Source: an uncultured bacterium
Lineage (GTDB): Bacteria > Desulfobacterota_D > UBA1144 > Nemesobacterales > UBA2774
Reading direction: 5' to 3'
DNA: 64,000 nucleotides
Assembly (NCBI GenBank): GCA_963705505.1
Contig: CAVPJU010000006.1
Span: forward strand, 704,001-768,000
Shown here: in pieces, positions 9,898 to 18,925 of the stretch
How the letters are laid out: the number at the start of each line of letters is the position of its first letter
Position numbering within the stretch: the first letter of the stretch is position 1
Position numbers and translations under genes: made by a program
Notes under the pieces: generated by a model
Seen by the model: only the letters and a program-made list of their open reading frames with translations
Told to the model about the DNA's origin: nothing
Databases searched by the model: none

Positions 9898-11676
9898 ATG
9901 ACAAGCACAAATGAAATGAAATCCCCTCCTAAAGCCCGCCTCGCGGTCAGGGTCGGCGTTACGGGACACCGTCCCTCGGGACTTGATAAGGCCGATATGA
10001 AGGTACTCAGGACGCAGGCAGCGGAAGTTCTTAAACATATCAAGAGTGTTGCTAACGCAGTGAAGTTTTCCTTGTATTCCGACGGAGCGCCGCCTGTGCT
10101 GAGGATAGTGTCGCCACTTGCGGAGGGCGCCGATACGCTTGTTGCGGAAGAGGCCTTGAAAGAAGGGTATGAGCTCCAGTGCGCGCTCCCCTTCGACCGA
10201 TACGAGTATGAAAAGGATTTTTGGGACAGTGATTCCGTCAGAAGGTACCGGACTATGCTGGGGGAAGCTACCTCCATACTCGAGCTCGACGGTTCACGGG
10301 CGACTGAGGACCTCGAGAAGGAATCATATCAAACGGTCGGCCGGATGGTGCTCATGCAGAGCGACGTTCTTATTGCGATATGGGACGGCGAGGACGCAAA
10401 AGGGAAGGGGGGGACCGGGCAGATCGTGAATGAGTCGCACATACACGAAATCCCCGTCGTCTGGATAAATTCTAATGCCCCGCACGAGGTCAAGGTGCTG
10501 ATGGGGGAGGAATACGGGAGGCAAATTGAAGTGCGCCTCCCGGACCTCGAGATCCGCTTGAAGAGGGTCCTTCAGCCTCCCGCCGCGAAAAAGCCCGACC
10601 TCAGCAGGACCTACTTTTCCGAAAGGCAGCCATCGTGGACGTGGGGATTTATATTCGAGACATTCTGCGATATTTTCTCGGGCGAAAGGATAGAGACCAG
10701 AGGCGTCAAGGTCAGGAATTTCGTGGAAGAAACCGAAGAAGAATGGCGGAGAGTCTGGGATTCATGCCCGGATTTTCCGCAATCGGTCAAGGACCAGATC
10801 AACGATAAATTCCTCGGGCATTACAGCTGGGCGGACAAGCTCGCCAATTATTATTCAAACATTTACAGGAGCTCATTCGTGGCTAATTACCTGATGGCCG
10901 GTCTGGCGGTATTCTTCGCCCTCCTCACTCCGACCGTACGGAGTCTGGAGACACTCTGGATAATCTGCGAGCTCGCTCTGATCATACTCATAATACTGAT
11001 AACAGGCATCGGCAACCTGAAGCGCTGGCACGAGAGGTGGATAGACTACAGGCTCCTCTCGGAGCAGCTCAGGCAGCTCAGGTTTCTTACACCGCTCGGC
11101 CTCACGACGCCGGCATTCAGGGTGCCTGCCCACGATACTTACGGCGATCCCAGGAGCACGTGGGTGAACTGGCATTTCCGGGCGATTGTCCGGGAAGCGG
11201 GCATGGTCGGAGCGAAGATCGACGGGGAGTACCTGAAATCCTACAGGGATTTCTTATCGCAGCAGGAGATTACTGCGCAGATTAAATACCATGAATACAA
11301 CGCCCCCCGCTTTCATACGATCCATAACGTACTGCATATAATAGGCACCGGTCTATTCGTACTTACGCTCATTGCGAGTTTGGCTCATTTATATGTGCAC
11401 AACGACTGGCTGACTCTCTTTACGGCTGTCTTCCCCGCATTGGGCGCAGCGTTTTACGGTATCCGGACACAGGGGGAATTCGAGCAGATAGCAAAGAAAT
11501 CCGAAGCGATGGGCGCTCAGCTGGACAATCTCAGGGACGAGCTGCTTAAAACGGATTTCGTCCCGTCATACGGCGTGCTGGGCAACATTGCGGAAAGTAC
11601 CGCGGAGATCATGTCGTCGGAGACTCTCGACTGGAGAATAGTATTTCAATCCAAGCGGTTAGTGTTGCCTGGGTAG
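9898..11676 (+). CDS. SLOG domain plus tandem 2-TM SLATT-like (DUF4231-like) membrane protein
   Basis: VGVTGHR, SPLAEGAD and LIAIWDG..GKGGTGQIV SLOG motifs; four TM helices; RWIDYRLLSEQLR, QIKYH, ETLDW. Confidence 0.75.
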   Translation: MTSTNEMKSPPKARLAVRVGVTGHRPSGLDKADMKVLRTQAAEVLKHIKSVANAVKFSLYSDGAPPVLRIVSPLAEGADTLVAEEALKEGYELQCALPFDRYEYEKDFWDSDSVRRYRTMLGEATSILELDGSRATEDLEKESYQTVGRMVLMQSDVLIAIWDGEDAKGKGGTGQIVNESHIHEIPVVWINSNAPHEVKVLMGEEYGRQIEVRLPDLEIRLKRVLQPPAAKKPDLSRTYFSERQPSWTWGFIFETFCDIFSGERIETRGVKVRNFVEETEEEWRRVWDSCPDFPQSVKDQINDKFLGHYSWADKLANYYSNIYRSSFVANYLMAGLAVFFALLTPTVRSLETLWIICELALIILIILITGIGNLKRWHERWIDYRLLSEQLRQLRFLTPLGLTTPAFRVPAHDTYGDPRSTWVNWHFRAIVREAGMVGAKIDGEYLKSYRDFLSQQEITAQIKYHEYNAPRFHTIHNVLHIIGTGLFVLTLIASLAHLYVHNDWLTLFTAVFPALGAAFYGIRTQGEFEQIAKKSEAMGAQLDNLRDELLKTDFVPSYGVLGNIAESTAEIMSSETLDWRIVFQSKRLVLPG

Positions 11677-11730
11677 TCAATCACAGCTATAATCCTTCAG
11701 TATTTCCTCGGGAGGAGAGGGGGAAAACGC

Positions 11731-13074
11731 ATGGCTCACGATGTTTTTATCAGTCACTCTGCGAAAGATAAACCGATAGCCGACGCCGTATGCGCTACTC
11801 TTGAAAAAGGAGGCGTCAGATGCTGGATCGCCCCGAGGGATATCGTTCCCGGTACCCAGTGGGGGGAGGCGATCATTGATGCGATCAGCTCGTGCCGGGT
11901 TATGGTGCTCGTGTTTTCAGCCAACGCCAATGAATCCCAGCAAATTATACGGGAAGTCGAGCGCGCGGTCAGTAAGGGGGTACCGGTTATCCCTTTCAGG
12001 GTGGAGGACGTCGACCCCAATAAGTCCCTCGAATATTTTATAAGCGCTCCTCACTGGTTAGACGCTCTGACACCGCCTCTCGAGAAACACCTGGAACAGC
12101 TACTATCTACTATAAAGCTTCTGCTGACGAGAAAAGGAGCGCGCGCCGAGCCGACGCCCGATAAGGATACCCCCGGGTTAGAGACAATAAGGCCGCTCGA
12201 TACAAAGGGATATGTGCCGAAAAAGTCCTTTCTGGATAGTCTGGATGCAAAGAAAGTCGGGGGCGGCATAGTCGCTCTAATTATCATAGTCGCAGCCGTG
12301 TATTTCCTTTCCGGGGGCGGCAAGGATAATAATACAAATAACGATTCAAATAAGAATTCAAATAATAATAGCTCTCAAAATGTAGTACCGCCTGCACCTA
12401 CCAACTATAATCCTCCCGTTTATAAGACGTCTCCTCCGGGACCCCACGACAACGAGGGGACATGGGGAGCGATCTCCATCGCCCCTAGCGGCGGATGGGG
12501 TTTTTCTACTAATATGACCTCGAAACAGGCGGCCGAGCAGGACGCTATCGAAAGATGCAGTCAGTTCAACACGGGTTGCGAGGTGAGGGTCGCATTCAAC
12601 TCCTGCGCTGTCTATGCAACAGCGCCAGACGGGTCATACGGCTGGGCAACCAATACGACCGTTGACCTGGCGAGGAATAACGCGGTCACTGAATGTCATA
12701 AATACACGAGTGAAACATGCAGCTCGTTCATTGAGTTATGCTCGGACGGAAGCGTGAAGACAGTGAACGTATGGGCGGCCATAGCCACAGCCGATAACGG
12801 GCAATACGGAGTTTCATGGAACTATCCTACGCGTAGTCAGGCGGAGAAAGCGTCTATTGATGAGTGCACAAAATACGGGCCCAACTGTCAGATGAGGATT
12901 TCCTTCACCGACTGCGGCGCGGTAGCGCGGAGTGAGGACGGTGCTCTCGGTTGGGGGTACTATTCCGATATGAATGAAGCGGTAAAGGCGGCAATTGAGG
13001 AGTGTGACGGCCGAAGTGAGAAAAAATGCAGCATCCTTACTCAGCTGTGCGCCGACGGAAGCCAGAAGAAATAA
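11731..13074 (+). CDS. TIR domain, single TM, tandem DUF4189-like Cys-rich repeat protein
   Basis: DVFISHS, CWIAPRDI.PG and SQQIIREVERA (E75); KK then TM at aa 176-193; Asn/Pro linker; two approximately 103-aa repeats with 6 Cys each. Confidence 0.85.
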   Translation: MAHDVFISHSAKDKPIADAVCATLEKGGVRCWIAPRDIVPGTQWGEAIIDAISSCRVMVLVFSANANESQQIIREVERAVSKGVPVIPFRVEDVDPNKSLEYFISAPHWLDALTPPLEKHLEQLLSTIKLLLTRKGARAEPTPDKDTPGLETIRPLDTKGYVPKKSFLDSLDAKKVGGGIVALIIIVAAVYFLSGGGKDNNTNNDSNKNSNNNSSQNVVPPAPTNYNPPVYKTSPPGPHDNEGTWGAISIAPSGGWGFSTNMTSKQAAEQDAIERCSQFNTGCEVRVAFNSCAVYATAPDGSYGWATNTTVDLARNNAVTECHKYTSETCSSFIELCSDGSVKTVNVWAAIATADNGQYGVSWNYPTRSQAEKASIDECTKYGPNCQMRISFTDCGAVARSEDGALGWGYYSDMNEAVKAAIEECDGRSEKKCSILTQLCADGSQKK

Positions 13075-13094
13075 CACCCAGCCGGGAAAACTTC

Positions 13095-13967
13095 TCAATT
13101 GCCCGATTCTTTAAAGGACTCTTCTTCCATGACGACTTCGGGTGAGCTGCGGCCGTTCTCAAACCCCTCGTACCTGACCCATCTGTGCGGGGGCGCAACT
13201 CTAAACCAGAAATATGTCTTCGGAAAAAAGACTTTAAATATATTGAGCACGCCTAATTTGGGCACGAGCTCAACTTTGTAGCACTCTATTTCGCCGTCAG
13301 GCGTATTGATTTTCTCGATTCCCCTCTGTTTGAGCTCGATATTGTAAAGATCGGGCTCGTTTGTAAGGAATTGAGCTTTGACAGTATCATCCGTACCGAA
13401 CGGGAGCGAGCGGAGGGCCAGAACGATCCCCTCAACGAACAAAACGTTCCGGTCTGTCTCGTATGTCTTGTTCGCCGACCTGCCGCTTTCAAAATCCTGT
13501 CTTACGAATGACACTGTTCCGGTAGAGTCATCTACGGTTTTCCTTTCCGTCATAACTACTTTGCCCCGCATATCTTTAACCTCGGTTGAGGATTCAACTG
13601 GTGTGAATGCGGATCCGGCCTTCCACACCGATACGGTCTCCCATCTCATATCCCTCGTAAATGGGTTAGTAATTCCCTGCCCTTTCAGTGTGAGTCTTAC
13701 CGTGGTTTCTCCGTTGTCTGTGAATTTTTCGGTCGTCCAGTCCGCTTTCCATCTGGTCCCGCCCCCCTTGTAAGTGGTGACCATGGAGCCTTCCTCTCTT
13801 TTGCCAATAGGAGGTGTGCTAATCGGGTGTGCCGGCAGCGGGGTTACCAGGACTGTTAAAAGAAAGAAGGGAAATAATAGAAATGCATTTTTATGGGATA
13901 TACCGTAATTAGTCCTGCACCAGCTTCCGGCAAGTGAAGCTATTCTCCAAAATGTTTGCTTATACAT
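13095..13967 (-). CDS. Exported beta-rich protein, DUF3108-like (start uncertain)
   Basis: Hydrophobic signal-like segment; EKINTPDGEIECYKVEL and YFWF...WVRYE C-terminal pattern. Confidence 0.55.
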   Translation of the reverse strand: MYKQTFWRIASLAGSWCRTNYGISHKNAFLLFPFFLLTVLVTPLPAHPISTPPIGKREEGSMVTTYKGGGTRWKADWTTEKFTDNGETTVRLTLKGQGITNPFTRDMRWETVSVWKAGSAFTPVESSTEVKDMRGKVVMTERKTVDDSTGTVSFVRQDFESGRSANKTYETDRNVLFVEGIVLALRSLPFGTDDTVKAQFLTNEPDLYNIELKQRGIEKINTPDGEIECYKVELVPKLGVLNIFKVFFPKTYFWFRVAPPHRWVRYEGFENGRSSPEVVMEEESFKESGN

Positions 13968-14162
13968 CTATACGAGTTCTCGTAATCTCAGTTGTGTTGT
14001 TACTCAGTCAAAAATAGTACCATGTAAATTAATAATATGGTCGATTAACCGTGAAAAGTTCTTCGGGCAGTAATTCTTCAAGTCTCGATTATAATGAACT
14101 ATTCATTTGAAGATGGATCCGATCCGTTAAAGATCCGCAGCATTGAAAGTATTGCAGGAGTT

Positions 14163-14300
14163 GATGCCGCCCTTGTCGAGACCCCTTTTAAACCACCTTG
14201 CCCTCCGCTCCGAGCTGCCGTGAGTGAATGAGTCCGGGGTTACGTAGCCCCGTGATTCCATTTGAAGACGGTCGTCTCCTACGCTGCTTGCGCCAGTATC
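14163..14300 (-). ncRNA. Candidate structured ncRNA, possibly 6S (ssrS)-like; strand uncertain
   Basis: GC-rich island in an AT-rich intergenic region; long imperfect rod; minus strand has CGCAAGC near the 5' end, CATTCAC and terminal GGCGGCATC, as I recall from E. coli 6S. Confidence 0.4.
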
Positions 14301-14344
14301 TACACGTATGTATTTTCAGAAAGAACGTGTAATATTTATGCCAA

Positions 14345-15013
14345 ATGGACAAGAATGCTCTTTTCTCCTGGAGCGGCGGCAAGGACAGCGCGCTCGCTCT
14401 CTATGAAATTCTGAGAGGCCGTGAGTATGAAGTTAGAGCGCTCTTCACGACGGTTACGGGGGACTATGACAGGGTCAGTATGCACGGCTTGAGGCGTGCT
14501 CTCCTCGAAGATCAAACGGACTCGCTCGGGCTTCCTCTCGAGAAGGTAATAATATCCCGAAATGCATCGAACGAGGATTACGAGTCCGCTCTCGAGAAGC
14601 TGCTTCTGGCGTATAAAGAGTCCGGTGTGAGTTCCGTGATATACGGCGACATATTCCTTGAGGAGATAAGGAAGTACCGCGAGGATCATTTGGGTAAAAT
14701 AGGGCTCAGGTGCGTGTTTCCTATCTGGAGTATAGATTCAGTCCATCTTGCCCGGACGTTCATCGAAGCGGGTTTTAAAGCCGTTACTGTTTGCGTCGAT
14801 TCAAAGGTTCTCGACGGGAGCTTCGCCGGAAGGGAATACGACCAAGATTTCTTATCCGACTTGCCGCTGGGGATAGACCCCTGCGGGGAAAACGGCGAGT
14901 TCCATACTTTCGTATATGACGGACCGATATTCAGGAAAAGGATTGAATTTGACAGGGGAGAGGTTGTGCTGAGGGATAACCGTTTTTATTTCTGCGATCT
15001 CGTGCCGCGCTGA
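14345..15013 (+). CDS. Diphthine-ammonia ligase-like (MJ0570/Dph6 family) PP-loop ATPase
   Basis: SWSGGKDS, GDIFL and DPCGENGEFHTFV. Confidence 0.9.
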   Translation: MDKNALFSWSGGKDSALALYEILRGREYEVRALFTTVTGDYDRVSMHGLRRALLEDQTDSLGLPLEKVIISRNASNEDYESALEKLLLAYKESGVSSVIYGDIFLEEIRKYREDHLGKIGLRCVFPIWSIDSVHLARTFIEAGFKAVTVCVDSKVLDGSFAGREYDQDFLSDLPLGIDPCGENGEFHTFVYDGPIFRKRIEFDRGEVVLRDNRFYFCDLVPR

Positions 15014-15171
15014 ACTGTGAATTGCTGCGGAGCTTAGTCTTTACCAGTTAATGTACAAGCCGTGTTTCGTTTAATGGGATTCTATTTTCAAGCCCCTGCT
15101 TATGACCCTTCAAATTTGTCCGCCCTTAATTGGAAAAGGCCCGAGCAGTTTGTTTCTTCCATGAAGAACCT

Positions 15172-15396
15172 TCAGACCTCGATGATAATTTTATGGGAAT
15201 GACTTTTCAATTTCTTCAGGAATTTCTCGTTGAGCATTGATTCCGGCATGTTTCTCAGGATGATAGTGGAATTAAACATCTTCGCGGTTTCCAAAACGTC
15301 TTCCATATGCTCCTCGTATTCCTTTACATCTATCGAGACATTGAAGCCTATGTGCATGAGCTCGATAGCACTGAGAGAACTTGAATTTTTCGGCAT
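15172..15396 (-). CDS. Small hypothetical protein
   Basis: 74 aa, GGAGGGG RBS upstream, protein-like composition. Confidence 0.55.
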   Translation of the reverse strand: MPKNSSSLSAIELMHIGFNVSIDVKEYEEHMEDVLETAKMFNSTIILRNMPESMLNEKFLKKLKSHSHKIIIEV

Positions 15397-15493
15397 CTTG
15401 ACCCCTCCGTTTTTTTGTAATAATGATGAATTAGTTTTTCAAAAAGGAAAGACCGTATTTGATTCGGCATTAAAATAGAGGGAAGGAGCGGAT

Positions 15494-16159
15494 ATGAAGA
15501 GAATCACGGAGCGCGAGCTGATGGTTGACCCCGAGCAGGTTCTTGCATACGGAAGGGCCGATTTTGAGGATCCTCATTCCAATTTCATAAAGCTCCTTAA
15601 AACATATTTTCCCGCTCCGGGCACTATTAATACCGCTCTCGACATGGGGTGCGGCACGGGAGACATTACATTCAGGCTCGGAAGGGCTTTCCCCCGGACA
15701 AAGATAGACGCAATTGACGGTTCGTCCGCTATGCTGGATTTCGCTTCCGGGATGCTCGAAAGAGAGCCTGAGATTAAGGGGAGAGTCAGTTTTATACACG
15801 TATCGGTCCAGGAATTCCTGCCGGACAAATATTATGATCTTATAATCAGCAACAGCCTCCTTCACCATATGCCGGACCCGTCAGACTTTTGGGATGCCGC
15901 AAAGAGATTCTCATCTCCAGGGACCCGTGTTTTTGTAATGGACCTCATAAGGCCCGGGACGGCGGATGAAGCAATGAAGCTCGTCGAGCGCTATTCGCCG
16001 AATGAGCCCGAAATTCTGAAACGGGATTTTTATAATTCCCTTCTCGCGGCCTTCGAGATAGATGAGGTGAAACTGCAGCTGGAAACAGCTGGTCTCGGAT
16101 ATTTCAAAACCGGGCGGGCGAGTGACAGGCACGTGATAGTTTACGGGATTCGCGAGTAA
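15494..16159 (+). CDS. Class I SAM-dependent methyltransferase
   Basis: LDMGCGTGD, AIDGSSAML, SNSLLHH. Confidence 0.9.
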   Translation: MKRITERELMVDPEQVLAYGRADFEDPHSNFIKLLKTYFPAPGTINTALDMGCGTGDITFRLGRAFPRTKIDAIDGSSAMLDFASGMLEREPEIKGRVSFIHVSVQEFLPDKYYDLIISNSLLHHMPDPSDFWDAAKRFSSPGTRVFVMDLIRPGTADEAMKLVERYSPNEPEILKRDFYNSLLAAFEIDEVKLQLETAGLGYFKTGRASDRHVIVYGIRE

Positions 16160-16177
16160 AACCCGCCGCTATCGTAA

Positions 16178-16681
16178 TTATTCTGCCCTCACACGCTGTC
16201 CCGTGAATGTATCGGAAATGACGTTCTCAGGCACCGAATCCGGGTCGAGCGGGTTGACATCAGGGGCATAGAAACTGACCGTGAATCCCCCTTCTATTCC
16301 GCTGCAGCTATTATCGGTGAACGTGACATCTGCATTTACTTTCGCGATATCGGCGAGACCGCCATCGGGATCGAATGAAAAATCGAGTGAGGTTGCCGAA
16401 GCCCGGAGCTTCCCGGTCTTCCTCCATGCGCCCTGCTCGTCGGTGAAGTCAAGAGCGGCCTGCGCGGAGCTGGTTACGAAAAATACACCTCCGGTACCGA
16501 AAGTCCAGAGGCTTTTGGTACCGTTCCCTTCGTCGACAAGAAAAGTGCCGACGAAACACTTGGGAAAATTTTCTGAGCCTGCGTAGACATCCGGGGCATG
16601 TCCCAATACCGAAACTAAGGCGGCGGCAATGACGAAGAATGTCTGTCTTTTTAGACCTGCTAATGATTTCATGATACTCAT
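16178..16681 (-). CDS. Exported hypothetical protein
   Basis: Signal peptide ending VYA; AGGAGG RBS; beta-rich mature part with two Cys. Confidence 0.65.
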   Translation of the reverse strand: MSIMKSLAGLKRQTFFVIAAALVSVLGHAPDVYAGSENFPKCFVGTFLVDEGNGTKSLWTFGTGGVFFVTSSAQAALDFTDEQGAWRKTGKLRASATSLDFSFDPDGGLADIAKVNADVTFTDNSCSGIEGGFTVSFYAPDVNPLDPDSVPENVISDTFTGQRVRAE

Positions 16682-16885
16682 ATTCTTCCTCCTTGGGTGA
16701 TTTGGCCCCTGTTACTACATCAGTTCCCCTTTTTCACTCATATGTCCGGTTAAATTTACACCCATATTCCACCCGATGAGAAAATTAATCGATAAAATCC
16801 CTCTCCGTTGAAAAAAGCCCATGCTCGTCTACTATATTCTCGGGGATCGGGGTCGTTTCAAAGACACTGCGCAGGAGGCGATAAA

Positions 16886-17371
16886 TTGGGAAAAGAATCG
16901 ATCAAGGAATCGGTGGAAGTATCGAATTCCGAGCTTGTCTTCCCGACACATACGAACCACTACGGCACGATTTTCGGGGGAAGGGTGCTTGAGCTGATGG
17001 ACATGGCAGGCGCCATGGCCGCAATGCGTTTTGCCAACGAGGACACCGTTACCGCGTCTATCGAAGCAGTCGATTTCAAAAAGCCCGTGAAAGTCGGGGA
17101 CATCATGGAAGTCAAGGCGAAGGTTATATACACCGCCCATACCTCGATGGTCGTAAAGGTGGACGTTTATAAGGTCGGCAAATTCAGTCCGGGTATGGAA
17201 TTTACCTGCAGGGGTTATCTCGTTTTCGTCGCGGTGGATGCGGACGGCAGGCCGATACCCGTACCCGCTCTCAAGGTCGTAACTGAAGAGGACGAACGAT
17301 ACCGGAAGATCGGAGAAAGGGTGAAAAACAGGTCCAGAGAGAGACAAGCAAACGGAGATGATTTAGCTTGA
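16886..17371 (+). CDS. Acyl-CoA thioesterase (YciA-like hotdog fold)
   Basis: VFPTHTNHYGTIFGGRVLELMD and FVAVDADGRP; TTG 16886 follows AGGAGG. Confidence 0.9.
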   Translation: MGKESIKESVEVSNSELVFPTHTNHYGTIFGGRVLELMDMAGAMAAMRFANEDTVTASIEAVDFKKPVKVGDIMEVKAKVIYTAHTSMVVKVDVYKVGKFSPGMEFTCRGYLVFVAVDADGRPIPVPALKVVTEEDERYRKIGERVKNRSRERQANGDDLA

Positions 17372-17436
17372 TATCGTTTGTCGGGGCTCACGTCGCCCGC
17401 GTGATTGATGCTCTCGCATTACTCGTTTACCGCAGT

Positions 17437-17703
17437 CTACTCGGGCATCTGTGATTCCATCCGCTCACAGCTGACTTTCCCCTGCTCGCCCGCTGCCTTT
17501 TCGCAGTCGTATGAATATCCCTGACAAAGGGCATTCCAGGTTTCAGTTCCGTCGGGGTTTGTTTTATGCTCGATTACCTCGATCATCTCAGGCTCACACG
17601 GTATCTGTGTGGCGGACTGCTGCTGTATAGGGTCGATCACGTAAGGATTACCGCATGAAAGAACGGAGAAAAACACTGCCGGTATTATTAAATATCTTTT
17701 CAT
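17437..17703 (-). CDS. Small Cys-containing lipoprotein
   Basis: Lipobox VLSC plus four further Cys. Confidence 0.65.
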   Translation of the reverse strand: MKRYLIIPAVFFSVLSCGNPYVIDPIQQQSATQIPCEPEMIEVIEHKTNPDGTETWNALCQGYSYDCEKAAGEQGKVSCERMESQMPE

Positions 17704-17820
17704 CTCTTCACCGCCTTTGTTGTTTTTGTGTGCCTTCAGACCGTAAAGCCTTGCAAGCTCGATTTATCATAATAAGCTAGAGTATAAAAATTTTCAATTT
17801 GGATATAAATATACGTCAAT

Positions 17821-18840
17821 ATGAAAGCAATAGTGCTTAGGAAAAACGGCGGGCCGGATGTTCTCATCTCTGAGGAAGTAAAAGTGCCTCTTCCCGGAAA
17901 GGGAGAAGTCAGTGTTTCGGTCAGTTTTGCGGGTGTTAACTATGCCGAGATACTCTCGAGAAAGGGGATTTACGGCTGGTCGCCGAAAAAACCGTACGTC
18001 CCGGGGATGGAGTGTGCGGGGGTGATAGAGGAAGCGGGGGAGGGGGTTGACCCGTCCCGGATCGGAGAGAAGGTGATGGTCGGATCGAAGTACGGCTGTT
18101 ATGCGGAGAAAATCGTCGTACCCGCGAAAAACGCGATCCCCGCAATAGGCGGGTTCTCTATGGAGGAAAGCGCTTCCTTTCTGGTGAATTATATGACGGC
18201 CTGGGTCTCACTTTTTAAGATGGCTAAGGTGTGTTCAGGGGAAAAATTGCTCGTGACCGCGGCCGGCGGCGGCGTGGGAACCGCAGCCATACAGCTTGCT
18301 TCCCGCGCAGGCTGTGAAGTGTACGGAATGGCCGGGAGCTCCGAAAAGATAGAACTGATTAAATCCCTCGGAGCCGCAGGCGGATTTAATTACAGGGACC
18401 CTGACTGCTTTAAAAACCTGATCGGGGTTACGGGCGGTGTGGATGCGGTGATAGAGATGGTGGGCGGGGATGTCTTCAGACGGGGCTTGGATTCGCTTAA
18501 CCCATTCGGGAGGATGGTAGTCACGGGATTTGCAAGCCTCGACCTCGTTAAGTGGAACCCTCTGTCGTGGCTTAAGACTTGGAAAGATATACCGAGGGTC
18601 GATGTCGGAGTGATGGCTCAAAGGTCTATCGCCGTGATGTCATCTCACCTGGGCTATCTGCTCGACCGGGAACCCGATACGATGGTACGGATTTATGAGG
18701 AGCTAAGGGATTTCGTAATTGAGCATCGAATAAGACCTGTCGTGAGCAGGGTATTTAAATTGGAGGAAGCCGGGTCGGCCCATGAATACGTCGAATCGAG
18801 GAAAAGCTTCGGCAAGGTGCTGCTAAAAGCCGGTCGGTAA
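17821..18840 (+). CDS. NADPH:quinone oxidoreductase / MDR-family (VAT-1-like) oxidoreductase
   Basis: GVNYAE, PGMECAG, AAGGGVG, GKVLL. Confidence 0.88.
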   Translation: MKAIVLRKNGGPDVLISEEVKVPLPGKGEVSVSVSFAGVNYAEILSRKGIYGWSPKKPYVPGMECAGVIEEAGEGVDPSRIGEKVMVGSKYGCYAEKIVVPAKNAIPAIGGFSMEESASFLVNYMTAWVSLFKMAKVCSGEKLLVTAAGGGVGTAAIQLASRAGCEVYGMAGSSEKIELIKSLGAAGGFNYRDPDCFKNLIGVTGGVDAVIEMVGGDVFRRGLDSLNPFGRMVVTGFASLDLVKWNPLSWLKTWKDIPRVDVGVMAQRSIAVMSSHLGYLLDREPDTMVRIYEELRDFVIEHRIRPVVSRVFKLEEAGSAHEYVESRKSFGKVLLKAGR

Positions 18841-18925
18841 TCTTTAACGACCGTTGACGAGAGCAGAAAAGGTCAAACCGTATTTGGAATTTGATCAAAG
18901 AGCCCGGAATACGAATAAGACCGAA

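Noticed and set aside
12320..12380. AAT-rich low-complexity tract as a contingency repeat
   Set aside because: It is an imperfect, in-frame Asn/Ser linker of the TIR protein, not a pure tandem repeat
14170..14195. GGTCTCGAC resembling the tmRNA 5' region
   Set aside because: No tag reading frame and no tRNA-like 3' end nearby
14225..14285. tRNA-Sec-like look on the minus strand (CTTCAAA loop followed by a GGGG/CCCC arm)
   Set aside because: No T-arm (TTCRA), no proper acceptor stem and no CCA end
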